From Desulfobacterales bacterium (GTDB lineage Bacteria > Desulfobacterota > Desulfobacteria > Desulfobacterales > SpSt-501), in contig JAUQXK010000031.1 in assembly GCA_030834695.1 (NCBI GenBank), forward strand, positions 24,079-88,078: DNA of 64,000 bases. Direction: 5' to 3'. The notes below the pieces were generated by a model that saw nothing but the letters and a program-made list of their open reading frames with translations, did no database searches and was not told where the DNA came from. Positions 11,289 to 20,185 of the stretch are shown in pieces (position 1 is the stretch's first letter; every line of letters begins with the position of its first letter). The position numbers and the translations under genes are program-made.

Positions 11289-12536
11289 TTGAGATCGCCC
11301 CAACTTCTTTGCAAGATCCACGACCTGCGTCCCCAGAAGCAGTTGGGACAGAACTTCCTCTCCGACCCGACCACCGCTCAGACGATCGTCGATCGCGCGG
11401 GCGTCCAGCCGGACGACGTCATCGTTGAGATCGGCCCCGGACTGGGCGCTCTGACGATTCCGCTGGCGCGAACGGTGCGCACCACCGTCATCGCGATCGA
11501 AAAAGACCGCACCCTGGCATCCGTCCTGCGCGAGGAGCTTGCCGGCGCCGGAGTCGCCAACGTCGAGGTGGTGGAAGCCGACGTGTTGGACATCGACCTG
11601 GCCGGCTTGGCTCCCGAAACCGCTCACCCCCTCACGGTCTTCGGCAATCTGCCGTACAACATCTCTTCTCAAATCGTCATCCGACTCATCGCGGCGCGCC
11701 GGCGGATTCCGCGGGCGGTGCTCATGTTCCAGAAAGAACTGGCCGCCCGGCTGAGGGCCGCTCCCGGAGGCAGAGACTACGGGCGCATCACCGCCATGCT
11801 GCGCTACTGCGCCGTGATCCGCCGCGTCGCGGTGGTGACGTCCTCACGTTTTTTCCCGACGCCCAAGATCGATTCTGAGGTGCTGGAGATTTGCTTCCGC
11901 CCGCCGCCCCTCGCTCCGGCGCATGACGAAGACCGATTGTTTCGGCTGATCGCCGCCGCTTTCGCCCAGCGGCGCAAAACCCTGAAGAACACGCTCTCGG
12001 CGGCCGGGCTTCCGCTCCGGCCCCAGGCGATCGTCCAGGCGCTGACGCAAGCGGGAATCGACCCGGCTCGACGGGCCGAGACCCTCTCCCCCGAGGAATT
12101 CATCGCCCTGGAGATCAGCCTGCATCGGATGACATCCGATTCGGATGCGCGGCGGCCCCCGGACGCAGCCGGAATTGCCCTTGACCCCTGCAATCGTTTG
12201 GGCTACCCTGACACCAAACGAGCGCAGAAGGAGGGCGACATGGCAATCAAAGTTCTGATTAAACGGCGAGTCCCGCTGGAGAAAGCCCGCGAAACGATCA
12301 CGCTCTTCCGCCAACTGCGGATCCTGGCGACGGCACAGGAAGGCTACATTTCCGGCGAAACCCTGCGCAGCCTCGAAAAACCGGAGGAGTTCATCGTGAT
12401 CAGCGCCTGGCAATCTTCGCAGGACTGGAAGAACTGGCTGGCCAGCCGGCAGAGAAAAGAAATTCAGTCCAAGATCGACCAACTGCTGGGTGGCGAAACC
12501 ACCTATGATATTTACCACTATGGTTTCAGCGCCTAA
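11289..12536 (+). CDS. rsmA: 16S rRNA (adenine1518/1519-N6)-dimethyltransferase RsmA/KsgA; the ORF continues in frame through an ABM domain
   Basis: The motifs QKQLGQNFL and VIVEIGPGLGALT (SAM-binding) and FGNLPYNISS identify RsmA. The start is uncertain (TTG 11289; there is no ATG upstream of the motifs). No stop codon occurs before 12534-12536. Confidence 0.8.
   Translation: MRSPQLLCKIHDLRPQKQLGQNFLSDPTTAQTIVDRAGVQPDDVIVEIGPGLGALTIPLARTVRTTVIAIEKDRTLASVLREELAGAGVANVEVVEADVLDIDLAGLAPETAHPLTVFGNLPYNISSQIVIRLIAARRRIPRAVLMFQKELAARLRAAPGGRDYGRITAMLRYCAVIRRVAVVTSSRFFPTPKIDSEVLEICFRPPPLAPAHDEDRLFRLIAAAFAQRRKTLKNTLSAAGLPLRPQAIVQALTQAGIDPARRAETLSPEEFIALEISLHRMTSDSDARRPPDAAGIALDPCNRLGYPDTKRAQKEGDMAIKVLIKRRVPLEKARETITLFRQLRILATAQEGYISGETLRSLEKPEEFIVISAWQSSQDWKNWLASRQRKEIQSKIDQLLGGETTYDIYHYGFSA
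12240..12536 (+). CDS. antibiotic-biosynthesis-monooxygenase (ABM) domain protein, nested in frame in the rsmA ORF
   Basis: ATG 12240 lies 5 nt after AAGGAGG. The 98-aa product MAIKVLIKRRV...FIVISAWQSSQDWKNWLASRQRKE has the ferredoxin-like ABM size and pattern. Confidence 0.6.
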   Translation: MAIKVLIKRRVPLEKARETITLFRQLRILATAQEGYISGETLRSLEKPEEFIVISAWQSSQDWKNWLASRQRKEIQSKIDQLLGGETTYDIYHYGFSA

Positions 12537-12542
12537 CACCGG

Positions 12543-12567
12543 CGCAGGGCCGCCGGGCGGCCCTGCG
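12543..12567. terminator. perfect 10-bp GC hairpin between convergent genes (possible bidirectional terminator, no U-tract)
   Basis: CGCAGGGCCG (12543-12552) pairs with CGGCCCTGCG (12558-12567) around a 5-nt loop. It lies 6 nt after the rsmA/ABM stop and 68 nt past the minus-strand GAPDH-like stop. Confidence 0.35.
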
Positions 12568-12634
12568 TGAACGGTCTTCCATGCTGAAGCCGGAACGGCT
12601 TGCCGCACGTCAACACGGCCTCAGCGGCGGGTGT

Positions 12635-13891
12635 TCATAACGCTTCTGCGATCGATACGGTCCGGTCCCCCAGCATCCGAACGTAGCTGCCCTTCTCGTT
12701 GTCATACCAGCCATAAATAACCGCCTGGGTTACCGGAATGCGCACCACCACGCTTTTCAGCGACGCGAGCAGGGCGGGATCCATCCCCGGCACCTTGGCG
12801 AGATCGATGCAGGCCTCGGCCGTCCGGGTGTGGGTTTCCGCGCTTTCGATGATGGCCGCCGCACGCGGCATTCCGATGATATCCGTTGAAACATTCTGCT
12901 GCTCGGAATACATCAGATAACCGTTAAGGCTGTCGGCCGCCGCTTGACGGTAGATCGCGTTGATCGTCGCCCGGTCGATTCGACCCGCCGCGGTTTCTTC
13001 CTGCAGGTTGATCACCAAAATGATGAGCGACCCCGTACTGGTGGGAATGCGCACCGATTCGGCGATGAAAGGGATGTCCTTCATCTCCGGGATCACCAGC
13101 CGCAGCGCGTTGGCAGCGCCCGTGGACGTCAGGATGATGTTGTTCATGATGCTGCGGCTCTTGCGCAGGTCGCCCTTGCCGGCCTCCGGCAGGCGATCCA
13201 GCACCTCCTGGGAACTCGTCGCCGCATGCACGGTGGCCATCGTTGCCGACAGAATCCGTTTGGCCCCGAACGTGTCGATGAGCGGGCGCATCATATGGGC
13301 CAGACAGGTGGTGGTGCAGGAGGCGCAGGAGACGATGCGATGCTGCCGCGGGTCATAGTCGTTGCCGTTGATCCCCATGACGGTGGTGACGGCATCGGCG
13401 GGGACGGCGGCGGTCTTGTCCTTGATCTTGAAGGGCGCCGAGACCACCACTTTCTCGGCACCCGCCAGCAAATGCCCGCGCGCCGATCCCTTGGGGTCTT
13501 CCGGTCCGATGGTGGGGTCCAGGAATTGGCCGGTGGTGTCCACCACCAACCGGACACCGTATGCCCCCCAGCCGATATCCGCCGGATTGCGTTTTTCTCG
13601 CAGGAAGCGCACCGGCAGGCCGTCGATCCGGAGCGTTCCCTTTTTCTCATCGACTTCCGTGATCACCGGACGGGCTTGGTGGCCGTACAAGTATCCATGC
13701 AGCCACCCGTACGTCGAATCCCGCTCGACATAGTGCGCAACGTCCGCCAGCGATTTCCCGGCCGCCCTCCCGAGATTGACCACGACCTCCCCGAACGCCT
13801 TGCGCGCCACGTGGTGCCAGAGCGTCAGCTTCCCGATACGGCCGAGCCCGTTGATGCCCAGTTTGAGTCCTGAATCGGATAATCCGGCCAT
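12635..13891 (-). CDS. glyceraldehyde-3-phosphate dehydrogenase family protein, long divergent form (418 aa)
   Basis: It has the N-terminal Rossmann motif GINGLGRIGK, a catalytic-Cys motif SCASCTTTCLAH (canonical SNASCTTNCLAP) and TVHAATSSQ. The start follows GGGGAGG. It is about 80 aa longer than canonical GapA. Confidence 0.78.
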   Translation of the reverse strand: MAGLSDSGLKLGINGLGRIGKLTLWHHVARKAFGEVVVNLGRAAGKSLADVAHYVERDSTYGWLHGYLYGHQARPVITEVDEKKGTLRIDGLPVRFLREKRNPADIGWGAYGVRLVVDTTGQFLDPTIGPEDPKGSARGHLLAGAEKVVVSAPFKIKDKTAAVPADAVTTVMGINGNDYDPRQHRIVSCASCTTTCLAHMMRPLIDTFGAKRILSATMATVHAATSSQEVLDRLPEAGKGDLRKSRSIMNNIILTSTGAANALRLVIPEMKDIPFIAESVRIPTSTGSLIILVINLQEETAAGRIDRATINAIYRQAAADSLNGYLMYSEQQNVSTDIIGMPRAAAIIESAETHTRTAEACIDLAKVPGMDPALLASLKSVVVRIPVTQAVIYGWYDNEKGSYVRMLGDRTVSIAEAL

Positions 13892-13964
13892 GAAGGTCCT
13901 CCCCTTTCTGCTTCGCTCCCGGTAAGCTCGCGGATCGGCTGCAACCGTTCCAGGAGGCGTTGGG

Positions 13965-16900
13965 TCATGCTTCCCTCAGCTTGATGACTCCCCGATACAC
14001 CGATCCCTCATGACCGTCAATGCTGAGGTGATCACCGGTCTTCAGCACCGCCGACGGGAACCGGCATTGCTTTTCGCGTTCGCTGCACTCCAGGCTGCCG
14101 CACCCGACCACGCAGGTTTTTCCGAGCCGATGCGCCACGACGGCCGCATGGGAGGTCAGGCCGCCGCGGGCGGTCAGCAGACCGTCGGCCGCGTTGATCT
14201 CGCAGATGTCGTCCGGAACCGTGTCCGTGCGGGCCAGGATGAGATGCGTGGCCGGCTCCCGCTGCCGCCAGGCCTCGATTTCATCGAGACTGAAAACCAG
14301 CCGGCCGGTCATCGCGCCCCCGCTGACGCCGATGCCGTGTCCCAGCAGCCGGTCGTGGGGCGGCACCTCCAGGTCGAAGGCGAGCACCTTCGGGCTTTCG
14401 CGGATGGCCATGTCCCGGGTCTGCAGCATGTAAAGATCGATGGTGGACGGCCCCTCAAAGGTGAACTCGATCTCCTGCGGGCTCCAGCCGTGGTCGTCGA
14501 TGAGCACATGGGCCCAGCGCTGCAATTCGCGATAGATGTCTGGAAAGTGCGTTTCCAGGGTGACATCGGTCTCGCGCATTTCAATTTCCTGCTGGAAGAG
14601 CGAGATCGGCATCGTGCGCACCAGTCCGGATACCACGTCCTCTCCCTGATTGGCGGTAGTGAAGTCTCCCCACAGCTTCAGCACGTCTCCGGCCCACCGC
14701 GGGTTGTGCGTGAAGATCACTCCGGTCCCGGATTCGGAGGACAAGTTCCCGTACACCATGGCCTGTACGGCGATGGCCGTGCCCCAGTCGTCCGAGATTC
14801 CCATGATGCGCCGGTAAGCCAACGCTTTCGGAGATTCCCATGATGCCAGCACCCGACGGATCGCCAGCAGCAGCTGTTCGAAGGGCAAGTCGATAACCTC
14901 CACTCCCGCCTCTTCGATCAGACGCCGGTAGGCAAGCGCCACCTCCCGCATTTGTTCGCCGGAAAAATGCCGTTTCAACGGGATCCCGAGCCGCTGCTTA
15001 AAGCGGTCGATCACGGCATCGAAGTCGTCACGCGTCAGGTCGTGGGCCATGCCGTAGTTCTGGAGAAAGCGCCGGTAGTTGTCCCAGGCGAACCAGGCGT
15101 TGCCGGACCGAGCCGCCACGCCGGATGTGATCTCCTGGTTGTTGCCCACATCCAGCAAGGTGTCCATCATTCCGGGTTGGGAGATGGCCGATCCGCTGCG
15201 CACGGACAGGAGCAGCGGATTGGCGGGATCGCCGAAAGCCTTGCCCGTGGCCTGCTCCAGCCCGCGCAGGTGGTGGATGATCTGCTCGTGAAAGTTGCGC
15301 TGGGCCGGTGCATAGCTTTCGATCACCTCGCGGCAGCGGAAGACTTCGGTGGTCACGATGAAGCCGGGAGGCACTCGAAAACCCAGACTGTTCAGCTTGA
15401 CCAAATTGAAGCCTTTGGTGCCGAGATGAATGACGCCGATTTCGCGCTCGGCCGGCGAATCGATCGTCACCAGGCTGGCCTGCGGGTCGTAGAGCAGAAG
15501 CTTCTGGAGCTTGTCCTTGGGCAGCTTGTAGGATTGCTGGAAGAGGGTATTCAAAATCCGGCCCAAGAACAGATCCAACTGCTGGAGGCCGAGCGAACCG
15601 GCGATCTGATCGCGAAAAAATATCTCCGCGACGCGGTGGTCGAGCCGCTCGCGGTCCTCCAGAGGCTCTCGCGGGAGGTATTTCGGCAGGATGCGGTCGA
15701 TCGAGAGCGAGGGCAGGATGCGGTTCAGATTCGCTCCGTGCAGGTTGTTGAAGTGGTCCTTGATGATGTTCTGAACGGCCTGGGCGAATCCTTTGAAAAT
15801 GTCCAGATACTGGGTCAGCGTGAACCCCTTGACCGCCAGCGAATCCCTTAGGAACTCCAGCTGGCGCTCGAATTCCGCCGACCGGATGCCGTCCAGCCGC
15901 AGGGCTTGGTCGAACCGCTGCAGGGCCTGGTAAATCTGGGCGAAGGTGGCCTTGGTGATCAGGGTGAGATCGATATCGCGGATCAGGCCCTCGAAGAGCA
16001 CGTTCACCATCGCCTCCAGGCGCAGCGTCAGCCCGAGGCAGTCGAACTTCATTTCATGGTAGCTGCCGTACATGGAAGGGATGTCGATCGTGATGTGTCG
16101 CTTCTGGTAGATGTCCTCTCGGATTTCATAAAACGCATCCGAGGTGATGACGGCTTTCAGCGTCTCGAGGTAGTCCAGTATCCGCGTCAGCCGCCGCTCC
16201 GACTCGACTTCGTTCAACGCCTGCTCCAGGCGGCTCAGCTCCGGCAGCGCCTCGGGGCGCAGTTGGGCCAGGTAGTTCTCCATCTCCACGATGTCGAGCC
16301 GGTACTTCTGATGCAGCAGCTTGTAGAATTCCACCGCCAGATTAAACCGCTCCATGTCGGCGCCGGAAACGCCCGGAATGAACCCCAGCCGGGATGAGAG
16401 CTCCTCCGGCCTCAACGCCAGCAGGTCATCGGGGATGCGGACGCCCTTCTTCACCAGACGCTGCATCACCCGGTGAAGTCCCTTGACATAAGGACCCCGC
16501 GAATCGATCTGCTCGAAAATCACCGGCGGGACAAACAGCGCCAATCCGTCCTTTTCTTGGGTCTTCCAAAACTCGAACGTTGCCGCCATGAAGGGAATGA
16601 TCTGGTTGCTGCTTTCGACGTGGCTTTGCTTGCGCAGGAAATGAACCAGTACATCCCGGCGTTGGGAGAGCTCATCGATGCGGGTGGAGACATCCCGCAG
16701 CCGGCCCTCGGCGCCGATGTCGTTGAAGAACACCGGGCACAACCGGGAGAACTGTTTCACCAAATGATAAACGGGATCGACCGGGCTGTTGAGCAGCCCG
16801 GTGATGTCCCGCGGAAAGAGGTCGATGTCGCGGATCAGCACGCCGCATAGCGACAGATGGATGATCAGGGCCGAGAGCAGCCGGGTCGAACGCTTCGGGT

Positions 16901-18203
16901 TCAGCTTGATCAACTCGAGCCAGGTACGGATGTTCATCAGGTGGGCGCTGTTGGACTTGATGCGCCATTCGTCGTCGACTCCCTGCACCGAGGGCGCCTG
17001 GAAGCCGAGATCGATGAGGGCGTCGATGAAAAAATTCACCAGGTCGATGTCGTCTGTCTTATAAACCCCTCTTCCCATGTTGAGCACGCAGGTGAGGGCC
17101 GTCGCCGGATAGCTCTGGGAACGCTCCTTGAGAATCGTGAAGGTCTTGCGGATCAGCTGCTGGATGTTGCGGTAATTCTCGTTGACGATGATCCAGGTCA
17201 GGGTCTGGTTGATCTCCCTCAGGGTCTCTTCATGAATCAGGGCCAGCCCCGCGATGTTCATCATCTGGAAGAGGAAGATCAGCTTCAGGTGTTGGCCCCG
17301 GCCGCTCGCCGTCTTGCGGTCCAGCAGCTTTTGGGGGATGGTTTTGTATGCATCGACGAAATGGTTGAATCCGGGCAGGGCCAGCAGCCGGTCCGCGACC
17401 TCGGGCGAATCCGGATCGGTCGAGGATAAAACCGTGTTCAGGACGGTTTGCCATTCCTCGATCCGGCGGTGGGAAATGGCCTCAAAAAGATCGTCGCAGG
17501 CCTCGCCGCTCCCGAATTCAGAGGACTCCCGGCCGCATGCGCTTTCCGGATCGCTTTCGCTCAACCAGTAGGCATAGGTGCGCCCCAGGTACCGGGCCAG
17601 CAGGCGGTTGAGCGGAGCAAACCCCTCGCGGGCGGCCGCCGTTCGTTTCATGAAGGCAGCGGCCAGGCGGGCCGCCGGGTGATAGCTTCGAACCACCAAA
17701 TCGAAGGCCGCCTCCGGCAGTTGATGCAGCAGCTCGCACCCATCGTTGACGACCGGACGGAACCGCTCGAAGTCGGCGCCGGAATCTCGAACGATCGTCT
17801 GCAGGTACAACAGCAAATTATCGACCGCTGCGCCCTTTACATCCTCCGTTTTGGCGGAGTAAACGGCAGCGATGAGAATTTCCGTGATCCGTCGGGAAGC
17901 CTCCGGTCCCCGAGGGTGCTGCCGGAAGAGGTGGAAATAGTCCAGGGAGTATTTGCGCGCCTCCGCGACGATGAAGCGCCAATTGAGATAAGGGTGGGAC
18001 AGCTCTTCGAGAAAGGTGTTCAGCCCCTCCATCAAGCCGTAATATTTGTTCATGACCTCCTGAAGCACGGTGTACTTCGGATCTACGACGACATCGACAT
18101 GGTAATCCGCCAGATTGACTTCAAGTGCCCTGGATTTGGGCTTGGGGGCTGAATCCATGGAGCGCATTCCGTTCCGCCGAAGCGGGCTGTTTGCCTTCGG
18201 CAC
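13965..18203 (-). CDS. 1412-aa protein with a ~925-aa unassigned N-terminal region plus a PPDK-type ATP-grasp nucleotide-binding domain and a PEP-utilizer phosphohistidine swivel domain
   Basis: The C-terminal ~485 aa (nt 13968-15422) carry PPGFIVTTEVF, LLSVRSGSAISQPGMMDTLLDVG, WGTAIAVQAMVYGN..SGTGVIFTHNP, NQGEDVVSGLVRT, EIEFTFEG..LYMLQTRD and GGLTSHAAVVAHRLGKTCVVG. No PEP/pyruvate TIM-barrel segment follows. The start is uncertain (GTG 18203, or ATG 18167 or 18158). Confidence 0.8.
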   Translation of the reverse strand: MPKANSPLRRNGMRSMDSAPKPKSRALEVNLADYHVDVVVDPKYTVLQEVMNKYYGLMEGLNTFLEELSHPYLNWRFIVAEARKYSLDYFHLFRQHPRGPEASRRITEILIAAVYSAKTEDVKGAAVDNLLLYLQTIVRDSGADFERFRPVVNDGCELLHQLPEAAFDLVVRSYHPAARLAAAFMKRTAAAREGFAPLNRLLARYLGRTYAYWLSESDPESACGRESSEFGSGEACDDLFEAISHRRIEEWQTVLNTVLSSTDPDSPEVADRLLALPGFNHFVDAYKTIPQKLLDRKTASGRGQHLKLIFLFQMMNIAGLALIHEETLREINQTLTWIIVNENYRNIQQLIRKTFTILKERSQSYPATALTCVLNMGRGVYKTDDIDLVNFFIDALIDLGFQAPSVQGVDDEWRIKSNSAHLMNIRTWLELIKLNPKRSTRLLSALIIHLSLCGVLIRDIDLFPRDITGLLNSPVDPVYHLVKQFSRLCPVFFNDIGAEGRLRDVSTRIDELSQRRDVLVHFLRKQSHVESSNQIIPFMAATFEFWKTQEKDGLALFVPPVIFEQIDSRGPYVKGLHRVMQRLVKKGVRIPDDLLALRPEELSSRLGFIPGVSGADMERFNLAVEFYKLLHQKYRLDIVEMENYLAQLRPEALPELSRLEQALNEVESERRLTRILDYLETLKAVITSDAFYEIREDIYQKRHITIDIPSMYGSYHEMKFDCLGLTLRLEAMVNVLFEGLIRDIDLTLITKATFAQIYQALQRFDQALRLDGIRSAEFERQLEFLRDSLAVKGFTLTQYLDIFKGFAQAVQNIIKDHFNNLHGANLNRILPSLSIDRILPKYLPREPLEDRERLDHRVAEIFFRDQIAGSLGLQQLDLFLGRILNTLFQQSYKLPKDKLQKLLLYDPQASLVTIDSPAEREIGVIHLGTKGFNLVKLNSLGFRVPPGFIVTTEVFRCREVIESYAPAQRNFHEQIIHHLRGLEQATGKAFGDPANPLLLSVRSGSAISQPGMMDTLLDVGNNQEITSGVAARSGNAWFAWDNYRRFLQNYGMAHDLTRDDFDAVIDRFKQRLGIPLKRHFSGEQMREVALAYRRLIEEAGVEVIDLPFEQLLLAIRRVLASWESPKALAYRRIMGISDDWGTAIAVQAMVYGNLSSESGTGVIFTHNPRWAGDVLKLWGDFTTANQGEDVVSGLVRTMPISLFQQEIEMRETDVTLETHFPDIYRELQRWAHVLIDDHGWSPQEIEFTFEGPSTIDLYMLQTRDMAIRESPKVLAFDLEVPPHDRLLGHGIGVSGGAMTGRLVFSLDEIEAWRQREPATHLILARTDTVPDDICEINAADGLLTARGGLTSHAAVVAHRLGKTCVVGCGSLECSEREKQCRFPSAVLKTGDHLSIDGHEGSVYRGVIKLREA

Positions 18204-18432
18204 TCAGCGTAAAAGGAGGTACCGGATGGGATGCCGCCCACGGAGAGTCGTCGTGACGGACCGGCGCTCCAGAAAAGGCGAATCCTCGGCCTCTTTCTAC
18301 GGTAGTGTACCAGATGGGGTCTGGAGTGACAAGGTTTGGGGGGGCATGGCGGTATACAATTCGCGGCGCGCACGGTGCTCACGGGCGATGCAACGATCGG
18401 GTTGCATGAACCGTTCGGCGCCGGAATCGGGT

Positions 18433-19059
18433 TTAAGAAGCCAGTTCCCGGGAGAGGCCGATCAATCGGTACACCACCATGCCCGCCAGCCAAGCGATGT
18501 CCTCGGGAGAAAGCATCCGTTCGATGCTGCGATCGAACAGGATGGTGGCCTCGGCCGGAAACTCATCGTCGCCGGCGTGCAGGATCAGGCGCACCGGCAC
18601 TTTCGGAAATACCCGGAAATCGAATCCCGCATCGCCGAACTCCACGGCAACGCCGTCCAGCCGGGCGGCCGCATGCTTCAAGCCGGCGATATTCCGCCCG
18701 AACGCTTTTTTCAACGGTTCAACGGCTCGTTTGAGAAAGGCAGCGTAATAGAACGCCGCGCCCGGGATCTCGCGGTAGGCGACCCAATCCCCGGGCGAGT
18801 GCTCCGGCCGTCCGGCCAGCAGGTAATGCAGAATAAGAATCTGCTCCTGAATCGGCACCTCTTTGCCGGGTGTGGTGAGGTCTTGAAATTGAAAGTCGGG
18901 ATAGCCCAACCGAAAAACCCGATCGAGAAACGGAATTCGCAGCGCCTTCCCTTCTTCCGATTCGTATCCGGAGCGCAGTTGGAGGAATTCATACGGCTCC
19001 GCAGCCAGTCGCTCTCTGGCCAATGCACAGGCTGCGATGTAGTCATCGATACGGGGCAT
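18433..19059 (-). CDS. hypothetical protein (resembles DUF3786-type proteins that accompany corrinoid/CODH-ACS genes; assignment from memory only)
   Basis: 208-aa ORF with coding-like composition, sitting between acsE and the 1412-aa gene. There is no obvious SD before ATG 19059. Confidence 0.5.
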   Translation of the reverse strand: MPRIDDYIAACALARERLAAEPYEFLQLRSGYESEEGKALRIPFLDRVFRLGYPDFQFQDLTTPGKEVPIQEQILILHYLLAGRPEHSPGDWVAYREIPGAAFYYAAFLKRAVEPLKKAFGRNIAGLKHAAARLDGVAVEFGDAGFDFRVFPKVPVRLILHAGDDEFPAEATILFDRSIERMLSPEDIAWLAGMVVYRLIGLSRELAS

Positions 19060-19143
19060 GTTAGGAGATGCGCGATGCTGGATACTGGATAAGAGAAATG
19101 GTGGACTCCGCTCTATTCAGAATCCCGTCTCCGGTATCCAAAG

Positions 19144-19180
19144 TGAAAGAAAAGCCCTCCCCTCTTGCGAAGGAAGGGCT
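19144..19180 (-). terminator. rho-independent terminator candidate just after acsE
   Basis: The minus strand reads AGCCCTTCC-ttcgcaaga-GGGGAGGGCT followed by TTTTCTTTC. The stem spans 19153-19180 and the U-tract 19144-19152. It begins 29 nt after the acsE stop. Confidence 0.5.
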
Positions 19181-19208
19181 GCATGGTTTCTGATCACGGT
19201 GCCCGCAG

Positions 19209-20099
19209 CTAGATATCCAGCCAGGAATCCGAGTACAGGGCATTGCCAAGGATGACGTTGACCGTTTTTACGTAATCCTTCATTTCCTTGGTAAGGGATC
19301 CCATGTCCGGGGTTTTGCCGTCCATGACGCCGTAAATCAAGTCTACGATGTCCTGGCGTTTTCCCTTGGCGATGGCGGTCAGCTGATCGTCGAGCGGGTC
19401 GGAGATGACCGAATACATGCCGTGCTTCTGCAGCATGACCATGTAAGTCTGGTTGAGGATCGGCCGCAGATGGCCCGGAGGCCCATTGGAGATGTTTGAC
19501 AGGCCGCAGGTGCTCTTGGCGCCGGGGGCCATGTCCGGAATCATGGCCTGGAAGTTCATCAGGCTGATGGCCTGGGGCTGCTGAATGTTGACCGGTGTCA
19601 CGATCCCGTCGATCCAGATTTTTTCGTTGGGAATCCCGGCCTCGTTGGCGAAGTAGATCAGTTCCACGCACAGGGCCGCACGCTCGTTCTCATCACGCGG
19701 CAGGCCTTCCGGGCCCCACATCAAGGCGATGAAATCGGCGTTGCTATCCTTGGCGATGGGCACCATGCGCTCGTAACGCTCCGGCCGCACCATGATGGAG
19801 TTGATCAGCGGCGGTTGGGTCGTCGGCTTGTACACTTTGAGCGCAGCGGCGATGGCGTCAATGTTGGAGGTGTCCAGGGCCAGGGGAACGTCGGGGACCA
19901 CTTCCTGGACCGTCTTCACCACCCACGGCATTAGCTCATGGCCTTCCTTCTTGGCCGGACCGAGGTTGATATCGATGTAGTCCATGCCCTTTTCTTTCTG
20001 AAAAAGGGCTTCCTCCTGGATCGGCTTCGGATCGCGTTCTTTAAAGGCCTTTCCGATCTTCTTGTTGATGACGTTCAAGCTTTCACCGATTAAGATCAT
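19209..20099 (-). CDS. acsE: methyltetrahydrofolate:corrinoid/iron-sulfur protein Co-methyltransferase (pterin-binding domain)
   Basis: 296-aa ORF beginning MILIGESLNVINKKIGKAF...MDYIDINLGPA...PLALDTSN, which is a pterin-binding (DHPS-like) barrel pattern. It lies directly downstream of acsC. Confidence 0.82.
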   Translation of the reverse strand: MILIGESLNVINKKIGKAFKERDPKPIQEEALFQKEKGMDYIDINLGPAKKEGHELMPWVVKTVQEVVPDVPLALDTSNIDAIAAALKVYKPTTQPPLINSIMVRPERYERMVPIAKDSNADFIALMWGPEGLPRDENERAALCVELIYFANEAGIPNEKIWIDGIVTPVNIQQPQAISLMNFQAMIPDMAPGAKSTCGLSNISNGPPGHLRPILNQTYMVMLQKHGMYSVISDPLDDQLTAIAKGKRQDIVDLIYGVMDGKTPDMGSLTKEMKDYVKTVNVILGNALYSDSWLDI

Positions 20100-20185
20100 A
20101 CACCCCTCTCTCTCTCGAACGGAATGGTCAACGGCAGGCGCCGGGAGGAGGACATCCCGCCCGGCGGCATCCGTCGGGTCATTAG

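Noticed and set aside
18115-19092. A plus-strand 325-aa ORF with an internal ATG at 18226 preceded by a strong AAGGAGG.
   Set aside because: It runs antisense across the DUF3786-like gene and gives a junk-like translation (Arg/Ser/Gly-rich). The SD-like sequence is most likely a coincidence in the spacer.
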